Origin: Paraspadella gotoi
Lineage: Eukaryota > Animalia > Chaetognatha
Length of the DNA stretch: 64,000 bases
Direction of reading: 5' to 3'
Assembly: GCA_051294375.1 (NCBI GenBank)
Contig: CM119264.1
Location: forward strand, 8,410,268 to 8,474,267
Shown: one piece after another, positions 27,346 to 39,762 of the stretch
How the letters are laid out: each line of letters starts with the position of its first letter
Numbering within the stretch: the stretch's first letter is position 1
Translations under genes and position numbers: made by a program
The notes under the pieces: generated by a model
Seen by the model: the letters and a program-made list of their open reading frames with translations, nothing else
The model's database searches: none
What the model was told of the DNA's origin: nothing

Positions 27346-28518
27346 TTTTTTTTTTTTTTTTTTTTTATACCAATTTCATATACTAAGTGATACATACATA
27401 CAATTTGATGATTAACGATTTCCAGCACTACAACTTTAAAAAAGTTGCTACTATAAACAAAAACAAAAATTTTTACGCTACAAATTTACTTTTTACTCAA
27501 AACAAGTAAATGATAGAGAAAGCTAAATTATCGAGGACCGTGTTTCTTGCCATCATTTCCCAGTAACACACAACTCGGGCGATTCACTGAGAGGATAATC
27601 TCAAAACAACATCCACCCCAAACCCCACTCTCCTGTCTCGATTCGCCACCCCCCAACACAGCGGAACGAAAGCGGAAAAACTCGGAGGAGTCAGGTGAGT
27701 CAGGTGAGTCAGGTGGAGTCGCGTAAAAAGGAGAAAAAGGAAGAGCGAAACTGTGAAAGAGGTTAAAACCTAAAATGAGCGGAAATGAAGGAAATTGGAG
27801 GAATTGAGTGAACATTTACCGGGAAAAAAAGGAAAAGAGGGGGGGAAAAAGAAAAGCTGGGTGGATGAAGGAGAAAGGGAAAAAGGAAAAGGAGTTTATA
27901 AATAGGAGAGGAACTTGAGAGGGACTCGAATAAAAAGGAAGGAACTCTGAAGATAAAGAAAAGGTTAAAAAGGAGTTGAAAAGGGAAAATCGAAAACAAG
28001 AAGTCGAAAAGAGAATTAAAAGAAAATTAAAAACTAAGTTAACGAAATATGATGTATAACGGTAAACTACCAGGGGCAAAAAAAAAAAATCAAAAAGTGC
28101 GACGATATCGAGAATAGTGTCCAAATAAATTAATGAAAGTCACATTGGAAGGGTAAATGGGTTGGAATGAACGGAATTTGAAGCCTCGATAGGAGAGTTG
28201 GAATTGCGCAAGGTTGATATCCATAAAAGAAAAAAACCCTAGGTAAATTAAAAGAATGTATTTTACTAAATTCATATTGGAAGGATTAGTATAGGTGGAA
28301 CGGACGTTTCGCGACGGAACACACAAACATTAGAAAAAAGACGGAGAATAAACGATTAAAAAAAAGAGCATCGGTTGGAGAAACATTAAGGGAAGAGGAA
28401 CTGTGTTATGCGGGATTCACAATGGAGGACTGTTTGAGATTGATTTGACAACATATAAGCTGACTCTTCGAAGACTTCATCGAGTCAGTGAAAAGGTTTA
28501 CGAGCGATGAGGGAAAAT
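21465..28518 (+). repeat. Copy 3 of the segment (direct repeat of 13596-20700); probable second mis-oriented gap fill
   Basis: Identical ORF sets (19192 = 27009, 19711 = 27528, etc.); ends at the same gatgagggaaaat position as copy 2. Confidence 0.95.
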
Positions 28519-28742
28519 GTCAACGTCCTCCTTCGATTGCATTCATAGGAATGACCTCCGCGTGTCAACGATCCCCGTATGTGATCCCCGTATGCGATCC
28601 CCGTTTGTTTCGTTCACATAAGTTGCTCCTTTTTTGATTTACTTTCTGTTTTCGTTGGCGGAATTTGGCTTTGATTTTGTATGAAAACCAGGGAACATTG
28701 ATCAAAAACCTTTTGAAATCGTCGTTGTCGTCGTCGTCATCA

Positions 28743-28779
<37 letters not shown>

Positions 28780-29279
28780 CAGCAATGTTTTCTCTCCTTT
28801 TTCGCCAGACACTTGACTTGAGTTACCTTTGAACTACTAGAATTAATATTTTAATTAATTATTAAACGACTTGGTAATGCGTTGTTTTCGAGACTAGCAC
28901 CGGAAATAACAATCGGCCTTCGATCATATAGAACTGACATCGATCCGCGGAAGCGTCTCTCGTTTCCCCTCGAGAGTCTGGACTCAGTCGACCGCGAAAT
29001 CGCGCCAAATCCTGGCCACCGATCCTCGCCCGTCAAAGGGTCAGAACAAAATCCCCCGCCACATCTGATGCCGGTCGGTCGATGCAGAAACCCAGTCCCC
29101 TCAATATCATCATCGAACCTGAACAGAAAAAGTCTCACCAACCGATTAGACCACCCTCACTCCGCCACCTCCCCCCTCCGACCGCCGACCGAATTTGGGC
29201 AGACATCGCGAAGCCGTTTCGACGCCACGTCGCCTCGACTCGCGCGGCCCAATCTCTTCTCGCTAATATCCCTCCGATT

Positions 29280-29560
29280 CACGTGATTAAGACAGAGTCA
29301 CGTGACGAAGAATGAATCACGCAATTGGAACCGGGTCACGTGGTAGAAAATTACGTTCAGGACATTTCAGTAGGCTGGCCAATCCGTAATCTGAGAAAAG
29401 TTCACGTAATAAGTAAATAATATATTATAGTGAAAAACTGAAAATATGATCAGAGTAAGGACAAGCGATTCTTAAAACTGATGAAGGATCACGATCACGT
29501 GGTATAGCCCTAATTCCACGTGACTTCCTCTGCGCCGTTTGGCTGCGTCATTTCCGGCTT
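29280..29560. promoter_or_regulatory. Promoter-like cluster of five CACGTG E-boxes, including palindromic GTCACGTGAC (USF/MiT-TFE CLEAR-type), with CCAAT and ETS-like motifs
   Basis: CACGTG at 29280, 29299, 29337, 29496, 29517; gccaatc ~29378; acttcct 29523, tttccgg ~29550. Confidence 0.55.
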
Positions 29561-29708
29561 AACTTCTGGCGTCACCACCCGTCGTTAAATGGGTCAATGA
29601 CGGCGACGAAACCGTAACTCGTCAGGTGACGCCGCTCGTTTCTCTCGCCTCGTGGATTCGCGGGGAAGAGTTTCTGTTTCGTGTCTGAATGGAAATGAGA
29701 TCGGTCGC

Positions 29709-29827
<119 letters not shown>

Positions 29828-30384
29828 TCATTTTTTCGCTCCTTCGCTGTCTCTCCATTCTCTTTAGCTCACGTTTTCCTGGTGCAAACAAACGAGTTTA
29901 CTATTTTCAATGTTCGAACAAAACCGAGTCGAAGCTAAAGATTTTAAAGATTATTAGTTGTCTTTTTTTGTGTGTTTGTATCGTCAAATTCTTTAATCTG
30001 TTTGCTTGATAGATAAGACGTTCTATATTATATGTCTTAATTATGACAATACGACCTGACGAATTTGACGATGTTATGATTAAAAATTAATGGGTCGAAG
30101 GTATTGGCAGACGAGTTTCCTAACAAAAAAGCGATTTGGACCGACATGCATCTCCGACTGCATCCTTTGAACTAACGTCCGCATTGACATCTGACAAGAA
30201 ACACGTGAAAATCACGTGAACATCACGTCTTCGAATTCGTGAGATGCATACGAAATCACAAAGAAAAATCGCTTTTACTTTTATCTCTTTTTTTCAAACT
30301 TCCTTTCTTTTTTAAATCCCTTTTTTTTCTCTTTTATTTTTTCCCCTTTTCCCTATTTTCTTTTTGGCGACATCGACTTTTGCT

Positions 30385-30425
30385 GCGCCAATTTCCCCGC
30401 GGGCGCGCCAATTGGCGTCGCGCCC
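30385..30425. promoter_or_regulatory. GC-rich E2F-like/CCAAT palindromic motif cluster
   Basis: gcgccaatttccccgcgggcgcgccaattggcg; further CACGTG at ~30202, ~30213 and ~30508. Confidence 0.3.
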
Positions 30426-31479
30426 CCTCGCCAGTTTATTTTCGCTTTGCTCTCCTTTATTTCTGTCTTAGATGAAAATAGTCGCCACAGGGTGCAGTGT
30501 GCGCGTGCACGTGGAACGAATCAGAGAGGGTATTCTGCAAAAATCGAAGCGATAGCAATCAAATTAATAATCGTTTGTAAAACAAAAGATACACTCGCTT
30601 CATTGACGCGTGAAAAAAAAGCTGCCTCATCGCGAGAAAGATAAGTCAATAAAACGGAGAGAGGAAAGTCGATTGTGAGAAAGATAAGTGAATCAAGAAG
30701 ATTACATTAGCGTTTTAATTTTCCCCTTAGATTTGCGCTTCTTTTTTCTTCCCCCCGTTCTATTTTTAGATACTTTTCTTGATCTTGTTTTTCTCGCTTT
30801 TTTTTTATTTCTTCTTTCCAGTTTTCTCACCTGCGAGAATATTTCGACTTTTTCTACATCAACTTGCAGTTTATCCGAGGTCATTTTCGTTCTATATCGG
30901 GATCTGTTTGTATCGCTCTCTCACGATTATGACTAAGCGCGACGTTGTTGTTAAACAGAGTACATGTATCGTATGAAAGTGATCGTCATATCGATCATTT
31001 GAGAAAATGAAATAAAATAAAATCCAACTTTTTAAAAATGAAATTAAATAACTTTTTTGAACTAACGAATTTGTCAAACTTACAATTCAAAACAACGTAT
31101 CTTAAAATATTTTTTTCAGGTTATTACGTATTTATAAACATTTATAAAATCCAAAAACCGAATTACAAAAGGCAATTTATTGGACTTAGTATTATAAAAT
31201 GTAATCTTAACATTTTTTAATATAAAAAGTTATATTGGTAATAACCTTTCTTTTCGTTGTTCTATGTATTGAGGCAACTTGCAACTAAAGCCGAAACATG
31301 TCCGTTTTTTCTATGAAAAATAAAAAAAAATTCGTTGTAAAACAAAAACCATTTTGCCTCAATATAAAAAGTTAAATTATATTGTAGTTGGTCTCCCAAA
31401 AGGCGGAATCGAACTATCGAAGGTTTAATGAAAATCTGTTTCTACGTTCCCATGGTAATAGTCGGGTTTATTGTCTTTG

Positions 31480-31526
<47 letters not shown>

Positions 31527-31640
31527 GGAGAGAGAGAAGAGAAAAAGAATCGGAGAGAGATATTGAGAGAGACCCAACCTGCTGGAATCCGGCAGGACAA
31601 CGGAATTCATCACAAGTTCCATGAATAATAGAATGAGGTT

Positions 31641-31641
<1 letters not shown>

Positions 31642-31694
<53 letters not shown>
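31642..31694. repeat. (GAC/CGA)n trinucleotide microsatellite; similar tracts at ~28720-28778, ~40792-40822, ~13435-13460
   Basis: Read directly. Confidence 0.95.
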
Positions 31695-31695
<1 letters not shown>

Positions 31696-32581
31696 AAACG
31701 ACGATATGTGTTGGACGGGAGGAACACGGTAGTCTTCGAAATGAAAAGAGATTGAGAAGAAAAATGAGACAAACCCGGAAATATGAGTCCGAAAAAGAAG
31801 ACTTTGATGGTGGGGCGGAGATGATGAGGCGGAAAATGATGATGATGAGCTTCCTGATGCTGATGATGGTGCGTCTGATGTTGAAGCAAGTTTTCAATCT
31901 GAAAAATTAAAACTTTTTGAAGGAAATACATTACGAACTTATATTAAATCGTATGAATGCTCAATTTATGACGTATGACATGTACGTACGAGAGGGACAT
32001 AAACAAATACTCCAAGTCCAACTCCTTGACGTCCACATGCACTAACTCCCCTCCATCGCTCCTCCACCACCGTCCACCTCTCCAACGCCCCCGTCGACCG
32101 CTCCCCCACCCCAAGCCTTAGCCTAACGATCGTATAAAAAATGGGGGAAGAAAAGAAAAGAATCTGACCGAAGATCGAAGCCCAGTTTTTCCTTTTCTTC
32201 CTCTTTCTTCAAAATGGCGACGGTGGAAGCGATTAGAGGAATTCCGGAAATATGGGGTGGGATAGAGGAGGAGGAAGAGGGGGGGGAAGAAGGCGAGGAG
32301 GGAAGGAGAAGACGAATAGAAATAGGCGGGGAAGGGGGGGGGAATGAGATCTTGAGGAAGTAGTGAACTGTATACTGTGGGATGAATGTGAGGTTAAGGG
32401 CGCCAAAATGAGGTATGTGCCCGAAAGAATCAAATTGAAAAGAGTTTATCCGTCGATGAATAATGGGTTATTAAGTTTGTGAGTCGTGAGACTTGGGGTC
32501 TTGGTTGAGATCTTGTTTCTTTTTCTAAATTAGGACGAGATTGAGGAAATTCACCGAAGGACCGTTGAGGTGAGCTCGGTT

Positions 32582-32667
32582 CTAACGAGAAAGTAAAGGA
32601 GAACTCAGACGCAATGAACATTGAGCAGAGCAATTGAGGTGAGACGAAGAAATCAATGAAGGAGATC

Positions 32668-32757
<90 letters not shown>

Positions 32758-32974
32758 GCAGCCTCGGCAGCGGGAGCAGCTTTTCTCGGAAATCCGTCGG
32801 GTCGTAATTGGAATTTCTTTGGTTCAATGCGGACGAAGGGAGAAAAGGAATTTTGACGGAAGCTTTGGATTTGTGACGTCGTTGGACGATCCGTCGGTCG
32901 GCCTTAAGGACGCTGCGGATCAGAAGTGGCCCCGAGCGTTGCAGACTGCAGAGCCCACAACGAATGACGTTAAG
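32582..32974 (-). CDS. Candidate terminal exon, 130 codons with a (GS)n tract, unknown protein
   Basis: ttttttttttcaaAG acceptor-like site in phase 0; the frame of ORF 32582-32827 stays open 49 codons further upstream to that site. Confidence 0.3.
32669..32757. repeat. (GCCGGA)n hexanucleotide repeat, ~15 perfect units
   Basis: Read directly. Confidence 0.97.
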
Positions 32975-33290
32975 CTTTGAAAAAAAAAATGGCTTCGGAC
33001 TTCATTGAAGTTCTAGAGAATTATTTTTTTTTTATCGTTACCTAATTTATTAGCGACTTTTCTCATTACTGCATCCTCATCGTAATATCACCATCGCTAT
33101 CCAAACCATCTCCACAACCAACATGGTCTTAATGATAAAGGGCGACTCTCGGAGACCATTCGACAACGTCTCTTAGAGCCAACCCAAAGGCGCCCATCGC
33201 TCACTCTCGGCCGCCGCCCCAATGGCACCTTTCTGGCAGAGCAAATTGGGCCGAGGCGTGGGTCAGCGAGGGCAACGTGAAGTGTGGAGC

Positions 33291-33392
<102 letters not shown>

Positions 33393-34312
33393 CGTGCGTA
33401 GTCTCAACTTCGGAGGTTTCGCTAATTGCGAGGGGGTGAGACGAAAGTTTCGAGGTCAAATCCAGACTCATCATTAAAGGAAGACTTGGGCGATGAGGAG
33501 ACCGTGAATGGGGAAGAGGGTGAGAGGCGGTGAGGAGGGTTGGGGATGTGAAAACTCGTTGTGAAGCGGAAGAAGAAAGAAAGTTGTGATTAAGTTGTTA
33601 AATGAAAGAGAGGATAAAAATGCGGCGAAAGACGAAGAACTTATTTGAGATTCCTGAAAATTATTAATGAACGACGAACAAAAGAATATGGTGATAGAGA
33701 GTTAAAATATCGGTCAAAAATCCAGGAAGATATAATAAATGACACAATAGCATTTTTAAAATGTCATAATGTTGTTTAGAGTTTTCTTTAAATTCGCTCG
33801 ATGCCGACAGTCGACTCGGAGAAAAAGGGAAACAACCACCCAGGTTACACGCGATCCTTTCTAATGCGAAAATTTTGCGCCAGTGATGAAATTCAACTGC
33901 ACGAAATTTGCAAAAAAAATGGATTCATTAATGTCTTAAAAAAGCTGTGGTCTGCAGAATTGGAAACCGCAGACTAGGCCCATGATAGAGCATTCTTTTG
34001 GTTTCTTTGTTATTTTTGTTATCGTCATTTTTATTGTCGCCAACAAGTTCGGTTGGCTCAAGTTACATTATTATAATACAATTTTAGAGATTGGCAAATC
34101 GATTTTTGCAACGAATTTTAATTTTTTAACAATATCGTTTCTATTATTAAAAATAAAATTCGTTGCAAAAATAAAAACTTTGCCAATTTCTAATAATTCG
34201 AAACAACGAAAAAGAAAGGATTAAATAAACAATAATACAATTTATATAAAATACCAACGATAAGTCGACGACAACGATAACGAATACGAGGAAGACGACG
34301 ACTCTGCGTTTG

Positions 34313-34583
34313 TTAATGAGGTCGTTCCGCGTCGTGGAGGTCTCGAGTTCGAGGCCGGGTCATCTCCGCGCCCCTTTTGAAATCGGTTGGTTCGCCGACT
34401 GAAGTGCTCGGATTGGTGATGGGTGAAGTGGGCAAATTGCTGGGGAGAGTTGATGGAGAAAGCTCTTTGGGGAGAGTCGATGGAGAAAGCTCCTTAGGGA
34501 GAGTCGATAGGTCATTAGAGGTCATAAGAAAATTTGATGGAGTCCGGGTTGGGAGGTTACGGGTCTCCAGAAGGCCGCGTCCA
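34313..34583 (-). CDS. Candidate terminal exon with 9-aa STLPKELSP repeats (GRGLLETRNLPTRTPSNFLMTSNDLSTLPKELSPSTLPKELSPSTLPSNLPTSPITNPSTSVGEPTDFKRGAEMTRPRTRDLHDAERPH*)
   Basis: gtcgtcgttttAG acceptor, open frame to TAA; the 27-bp units differ only at silent third positions (cct/ccc, aag/aaa, tcg/tca). Confidence 0.55.
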
Positions 34584-34929
34584 CTAAAACGACGACGACA
34601 TCAACAAAAACGAACGAACGAACGAACGACGACGACAATCGATAACGACGACATTTTTAGCCGACGTTTAAACCAGATTTAGTTTCTCGGCGAAAGCAAA
34701 GAAGGAAAATCGAGAAAAGAATTTTTCTTTCCGATTTTTGATTTCGTTTCCCTTTTTTTTTTCCTTTTAAGATGCAGAGGTGGGTGCGGAGGCTGGTGGG
34801 GTGGATGGGTGCCAGGGGGGGGTGAGGTACAGCGCCTTAGTCAAGGTGGGAACTGATTTCATTTCGGGGGAAAAAAATTGCAACGATTTTTTTTATATCC
34901 AATTCGTTTTTTCAATTATTTCGCAGAGG

Positions 34930-34967
<38 letters not shown>

Positions 34968-35436
34968 CATTCGTTACGACGGAAGGGAAATTGAATTTGC
35001 GGTGGGAGGCTAATTCAAGAGCGGAACAACTGACTGTCGACTAACCGTTTCACTTATGGAAAATAATCAGTCGATTGATAAATATAAAAAGCTTTTCAAG
35101 CCTTATCTTTAAAGGCAATATTATTAATCTTTTTTATCGTGAGTTAAATTATATTTTAAAACGTGTATATCTCGATTAGTATCCTTGAAAAAGAATGGGA
35201 AAATAAATTTAAATGTGTGAGAAAAGAACATTTATGCATTAGAGTGACGTGTGAATTTGAAATCCAATTAATAATTGAAATTGCATATTAACTTAAGTGT
35301 TTTTTCGACTAAATAATTTATGAATTTTATATGCAAATAACTAATTCTTCCTGCTCTAAAAATAAAAAAGGTGAACATTTGGAGGAAAAAGGCAAAAGTG
35401 AACAGTTCGACCAATCATGAGAGAGAGAGAGTGGGA

Positions 35437-35499
<63 letters not shown>

Positions 35500-35868
35500 C
35501 GAAGAGAAGCTGAGTGAGCTCCATCTGAATCGTCGCCATTAGACTTCGTTTTATGGTGATTTCTAGGTGGAACCTTCTGACCCACTTTTTGTGGGTGGTC
35601 GAGTAGTCTTGCGCGAAACGTCGGAGAGAAAGGGTTTTCTGTGGGACGTGGTATTGAGAATTTGACGAATCCGTCCAAAGTTCTAATTTGAAGAACTGGA
35701 GCAGTAAATTGGGGCAAGATTGGGACCCGTCTCCTAAAAGAGTCGGCAATGGGAAGCGGGAATCGAGGCATGATATCCGCCAACGCATTTACAAAGCCTT
35801 TATTGTTTAACGTGTCTTCTGTTTGGGTTCGCCAGCGATGATTAATTATGGTAATCATGGGTCTTGGA
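35500..35868 (-). CDS. Candidate coding exon of normal complexity (..NNKGFVNALADIMPRFPLPIADSFRRRVPILPQFTAPVLQIRTLDGFVKFSIPRPTENPF..), unknown protein
   Basis: One of the longest non-microsatellite open frames (ORF 35415-35858), preceded by atttcaccaaAG; no clear donor; a second frame is also open. Confidence 0.3.
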
Positions 35869-36859
35869 CTTTGGTGAAATCAATATATATTTTTAGCTTC
35901 AAATCGAACCAATTTCATTACAAACTTCGACAAGAAAATAGGTTTAGGAACAACGATTTTTCTCCTCACATCATGATAATGATGAAGATGACGATGATGA
36001 TAACGAAGAATATGATGACGACGACGACGAAGATGATGATTAAGATAATGATGATAATGATGATTCGATTTTAAAACGATAAAACACATTAAAGATTCCC
36101 GATCGAAATTAGTATCACTATATTGTAATGATTTCAATGATGACGACGAGGACGATGCATCGACATCGACCGCCATTATGACGATAATGATGACGATGAT
36201 AATTATTTTAAAATCATCAACGGAATGAGTATCAATATATTGTAATTACTCCTATTTTTTAGCAAGACTTTTATAGGTTAAAACGGGTAAGTTCAGGTGA
36301 GAAAAAGCAGAGGGAGGATCGTAAATGGCAAAGCTTCGCTTTTTCGGTTCGGACGTGGGCCCAATAATATCACGGTGAAAAGAAAGGTTGATTAAAGGAA
36401 CGAGACGATGGGGAAAGTCTGTGCGAAGACGAGAACTATACGGAGGAGACTAATAGGCGTTCATATCCTACGACAACGGAACGGGTTGACAGTCTACTTA
36501 TTAATTAGTTTAAAAAGTCAATGCTGTCTAACAAATTACATTTTCTCGTTTTCCCACTCGTACACTTCAACTTACGTTACACTTACGAATCCCGATTCGA
36601 TCCCATATTTCTTCCTCTTCCTTCGATCGCTCCCACATCTTTCTCAATACCTTTTCCCCCGCACCTAAAACTCCCTACTGCTACATCCCCGTCTGTCAAC
36701 TCCTTTGGCTTGAGTCTGAGTCAGTCACCGAGTTCGGCCTCGCAAACGACGTGGAGGGGGAGAAAGGAGAGGGAGGGGGGCGAAGGGAACGACGGTGAAT
36801 CGAAATGTAGGGGAGAAGGGAGCAACCGGAAAAAAGAAGGGCCCTGGCTGGAAATGAAA

Positions 36860-37065
36860 TGGGCGGGCGCGTGGGCTGCGGTGATGTGCGCGTGATATGG
36901 GGCGTGTGCGCGGCGGATGTAGATGTGGCGAAAAGAACGGAAGTGTGCGCTCGGGATATATGGGGGAAGACCGTGAGTGTGCGCGGCGGGAATATGGGGC
37001 GAGAAATGATTAGAAGCGGAAAGTGACCTTGAGTTTACTCTTCTCCCTCTTTCCTCTTCACGTTC
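36860..37065 (+). promoter_or_regulatory. GC-rich housekeeping-type promoter candidate with GC box, ETS (CGGAAGTG), E2F-like GGCGGGAA and a polypyrimidine TCT/TOP-like initiator (ctctttcc)
   Basis: gggcgggcg 36861, cggaagtg ~36938, gcggcgggaa ~36983, ctcttctccctctttcctcttc ~37038; four degenerate gtgcgc..ggatatatgggg units. Confidence 0.4.
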
Positions 37066-38337
37066 GTTGAGGCTCAGTTGTTGTTCTAATTTTTTTTTTC
37101 TTTTCTTATTGATCAGTTTTCTTTTTCGCGTTGTGAGCGGACAAGTTTTGTTTTTTATATTTAAATCGATAGCAGTTACAGTTTCGGCAAACTGGAACGA
37201 TTAAAAAATTCATTATATCCAGCATCTTTTGCAAAGTTCGCGTTTGCTCGTACTTATTTTCGATTTGTTTTAATTCTTTTCATCAATAGCATTTTGTATA
37301 TTTTATATATTTCGATATACGTACATGTATGCATGGTTAAGCTGTATTGCTCGTTTTTTAATTACAATTACAATTTCAATTATCATTTCCACTTTATTCA
37401 TTATTCTGGTCTAAGTTCGTTTTATATTTTTCACCTGGTTTGCTCTTTTTCTCTTCTCTTCTATTCCGTTTTGTTTTCTTTTCTTTGTTTTTTTTTTCTT
37501 TCCTTTATCATTTTTTCTCTCCTCATTTTTTATTTTCTCTTTCCGGTCTTCAATTTCTCGCTCCGCTTTGATTTTCTTCTCGCGGCCCAACTGATTACTG
37601 CGAACTCGGCTTTAACGAGCTGGTGAGAATTCGCTTTTATCGAAGTGGTCATGATTTTCTAAGACGACGCTCGTTCTTACTTTGGTTAAATTTAAACATG
37701 CTGAACTTTTGAGAATGATTTGTTTCATACTAAATTAGTTTTTATATTAATTTGTTTGGGTCTTGATCTAAAATTTTTTTTTATTTTTTTTTCAGATTTA
37801 AAACAAAAGGAAATCTGTTCTCTGCTATCCTCTTCGATGCAAAAAAAAAAGAAAAAAAAAAGAAAAACGAAAAACGATAACAACAACAACGACGACGACG
37901 ATAACCATTCGCCCTCCGCCCGGAAAACGAGGAGGAAAAAAAAAGAAAAAAAAAAGAAAAAAAAGAAAAACGAGGGAACAACGCCAACTCAGTTGGGCGG
38001 TGCCGTTATCGCCTCAATCTCATGCGCCATCTTTTGGCCGCGGGAAAAAGCGAATCGACAACGACGACGACGACAAAGACGGCGAAAATAACGCCAAGGA
38101 CGCTTGGGATCAAAGTGAAAGATGCATTAAGAGCGTTAAAGCTTTTCACGGTGAATTACGCTTTTTCACCATTGCGTTATTGTTTTTTTTTTTTCAATTC
38201 GGAAAAAGTAAGTAAAGAATTCAAAATTATTTGGATGCGTTGAGGTCGAAGTTTTATATCCATTTCATCACCACAAAAAACTAAAAAAACCCAACCAAAA
38301 CTACAAGAGCGCATAAAACCACGAAGACGAGGACAGC

Positions 38338-38369
<32 letters not shown>

Positions 38370-38528
38370 CAAAGTAGTATCGTCGGTTTTAACCCCTTTT
38401 TTGGACTGCGTTCCCGCCGCAGCTTTTAGCCGTCGTTTCCTTCTCATCGGTCCGAAGAAGACGCCTGGCTTTTCTATTTCCTTTTTTCTTTTCTTTTCTT
38501 TTCTTTTCTTTTCTTTTTCTTTCTTTTC

Positions 38529-38559
<31 letters not shown>

Positions 38560-39611
38560 CTTCTTTTTCTTTTCTTTTTTTGCTTTTCCTTCTTTGTCTT
38601 TTCTTTCTTTTCTTTTCTTTTCTTTTCTTTTCTTTTCTTTTCACTATTTTCTTTTTAACTTTTCATACTTTTCTAACATATTAGTCCTACCAACTTCGTC
38701 CAAGTTTTTTTTTCAAAGATTTTATAGACACATAAAAAGTATACGAACGCAAGTTAAGCGATTAATTTAATCGATAATGAATTCATAACCAGTTTAATCG
38801 ATTTAACAAAATAGTAGCAAATATTTGATTTCGCATTTCCTCTCCGATTCGCCTTCTCTTTCCCGTCTCACCCTCCTCATCATCTTCCAACTTCACCGAA
38901 ACGTGTGAAAAAAAAATTCGTGAGTATAAATTCCATGAATTTCTTAGGTCCACTTTTAGCTTTTATGGAGTTTTTATTTTTTTATCTTCCTCCTTTCCTC
39001 ATCTCTCGTTCACCTTTGCTCTCTTCGTTCCACTCTCCTTCTCTCTTATTTTTTTTTCTCTTCTCATCTTTATCTTCTCAACTTTGCTTTCTTCCCGTTT
39101 TTTTTCTTTTCAACACTTCTTAATTTTTTCCCTCTGATTTGCACTCAATAGATTTTTCTCTTCTTCTTTCTCTCATCCTCTTTTCCACTATTTTCTCCAA
39201 TAATTCCTTTCTTTGTTTTTCTACCTTTTCCGTCGCATCGCTTCTGGATATCGTGAGCGAGAAGTAAGAGATGAAACGCGACCTTCTTGAGTAAAGCTCC
39301 TGGCGGAATAAAGGTCCGGAGTTTGAACCCGAGGTTGATTTTTTGGGGTATTTCTCTCGCTTTAACTTTTAAGGTCTTTATATGTGTATGGAACTCCGTC
39401 AAATATGTTGCGTCGCAGTGACTAGTCCCTGTATTTTTTTAAATTTTTAAAATTTTTTTAACTGTATAATACCAAAAACAGTATTAACATAATCATGAAG
39501 AGTAACAGTGTAAAAGACTGGAAAACAAATGATGTATTTATGACACACACTGCATCGGAATTATTTATTTATAATTTTAGGATTTCATGAAGGCCTCGCT
39601 TTCAGTCACTT

Positions 39612-39762
39612 AAGATTTGAGATCCTAACAAATGAGCAACCATCTATATGCGAGATATGAAGTTGGATAGACCGAAGGACAGACATACCTACCGACTATC
39701 CGACAGATCGACCCAAAAGTGACTTATGTTGTTTTGCAAGTACTCGCGGCGCAACTAAAAAA
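39612..39762 (+). mobile_element. Degenerate short interspersed repeat (second copy 49815-49947), resembling the 3' end of DINE-1/Helentron-associated (HINE) elements
   Basis: Both copies share agatttgag..taacaaatga..ggatagaccga..acatacc.accgac..aaaagtgacttat..aactaaaaa; family assignment is from recalled architecture only. Confidence 0.4.

Noticed and set aside
34340-34370. gagttcgaggc as a tRNA T-loop or SINE B-box
   Set aside because: No A-box or cloverleaf stems; lies within the STLPKELSP exon candidate
37131-37144. ttgtgagcggacaa resembling the lac operator (vector contamination)
   Set aside because: Only 11 contiguous bases match and there is no other vector sequence nearby
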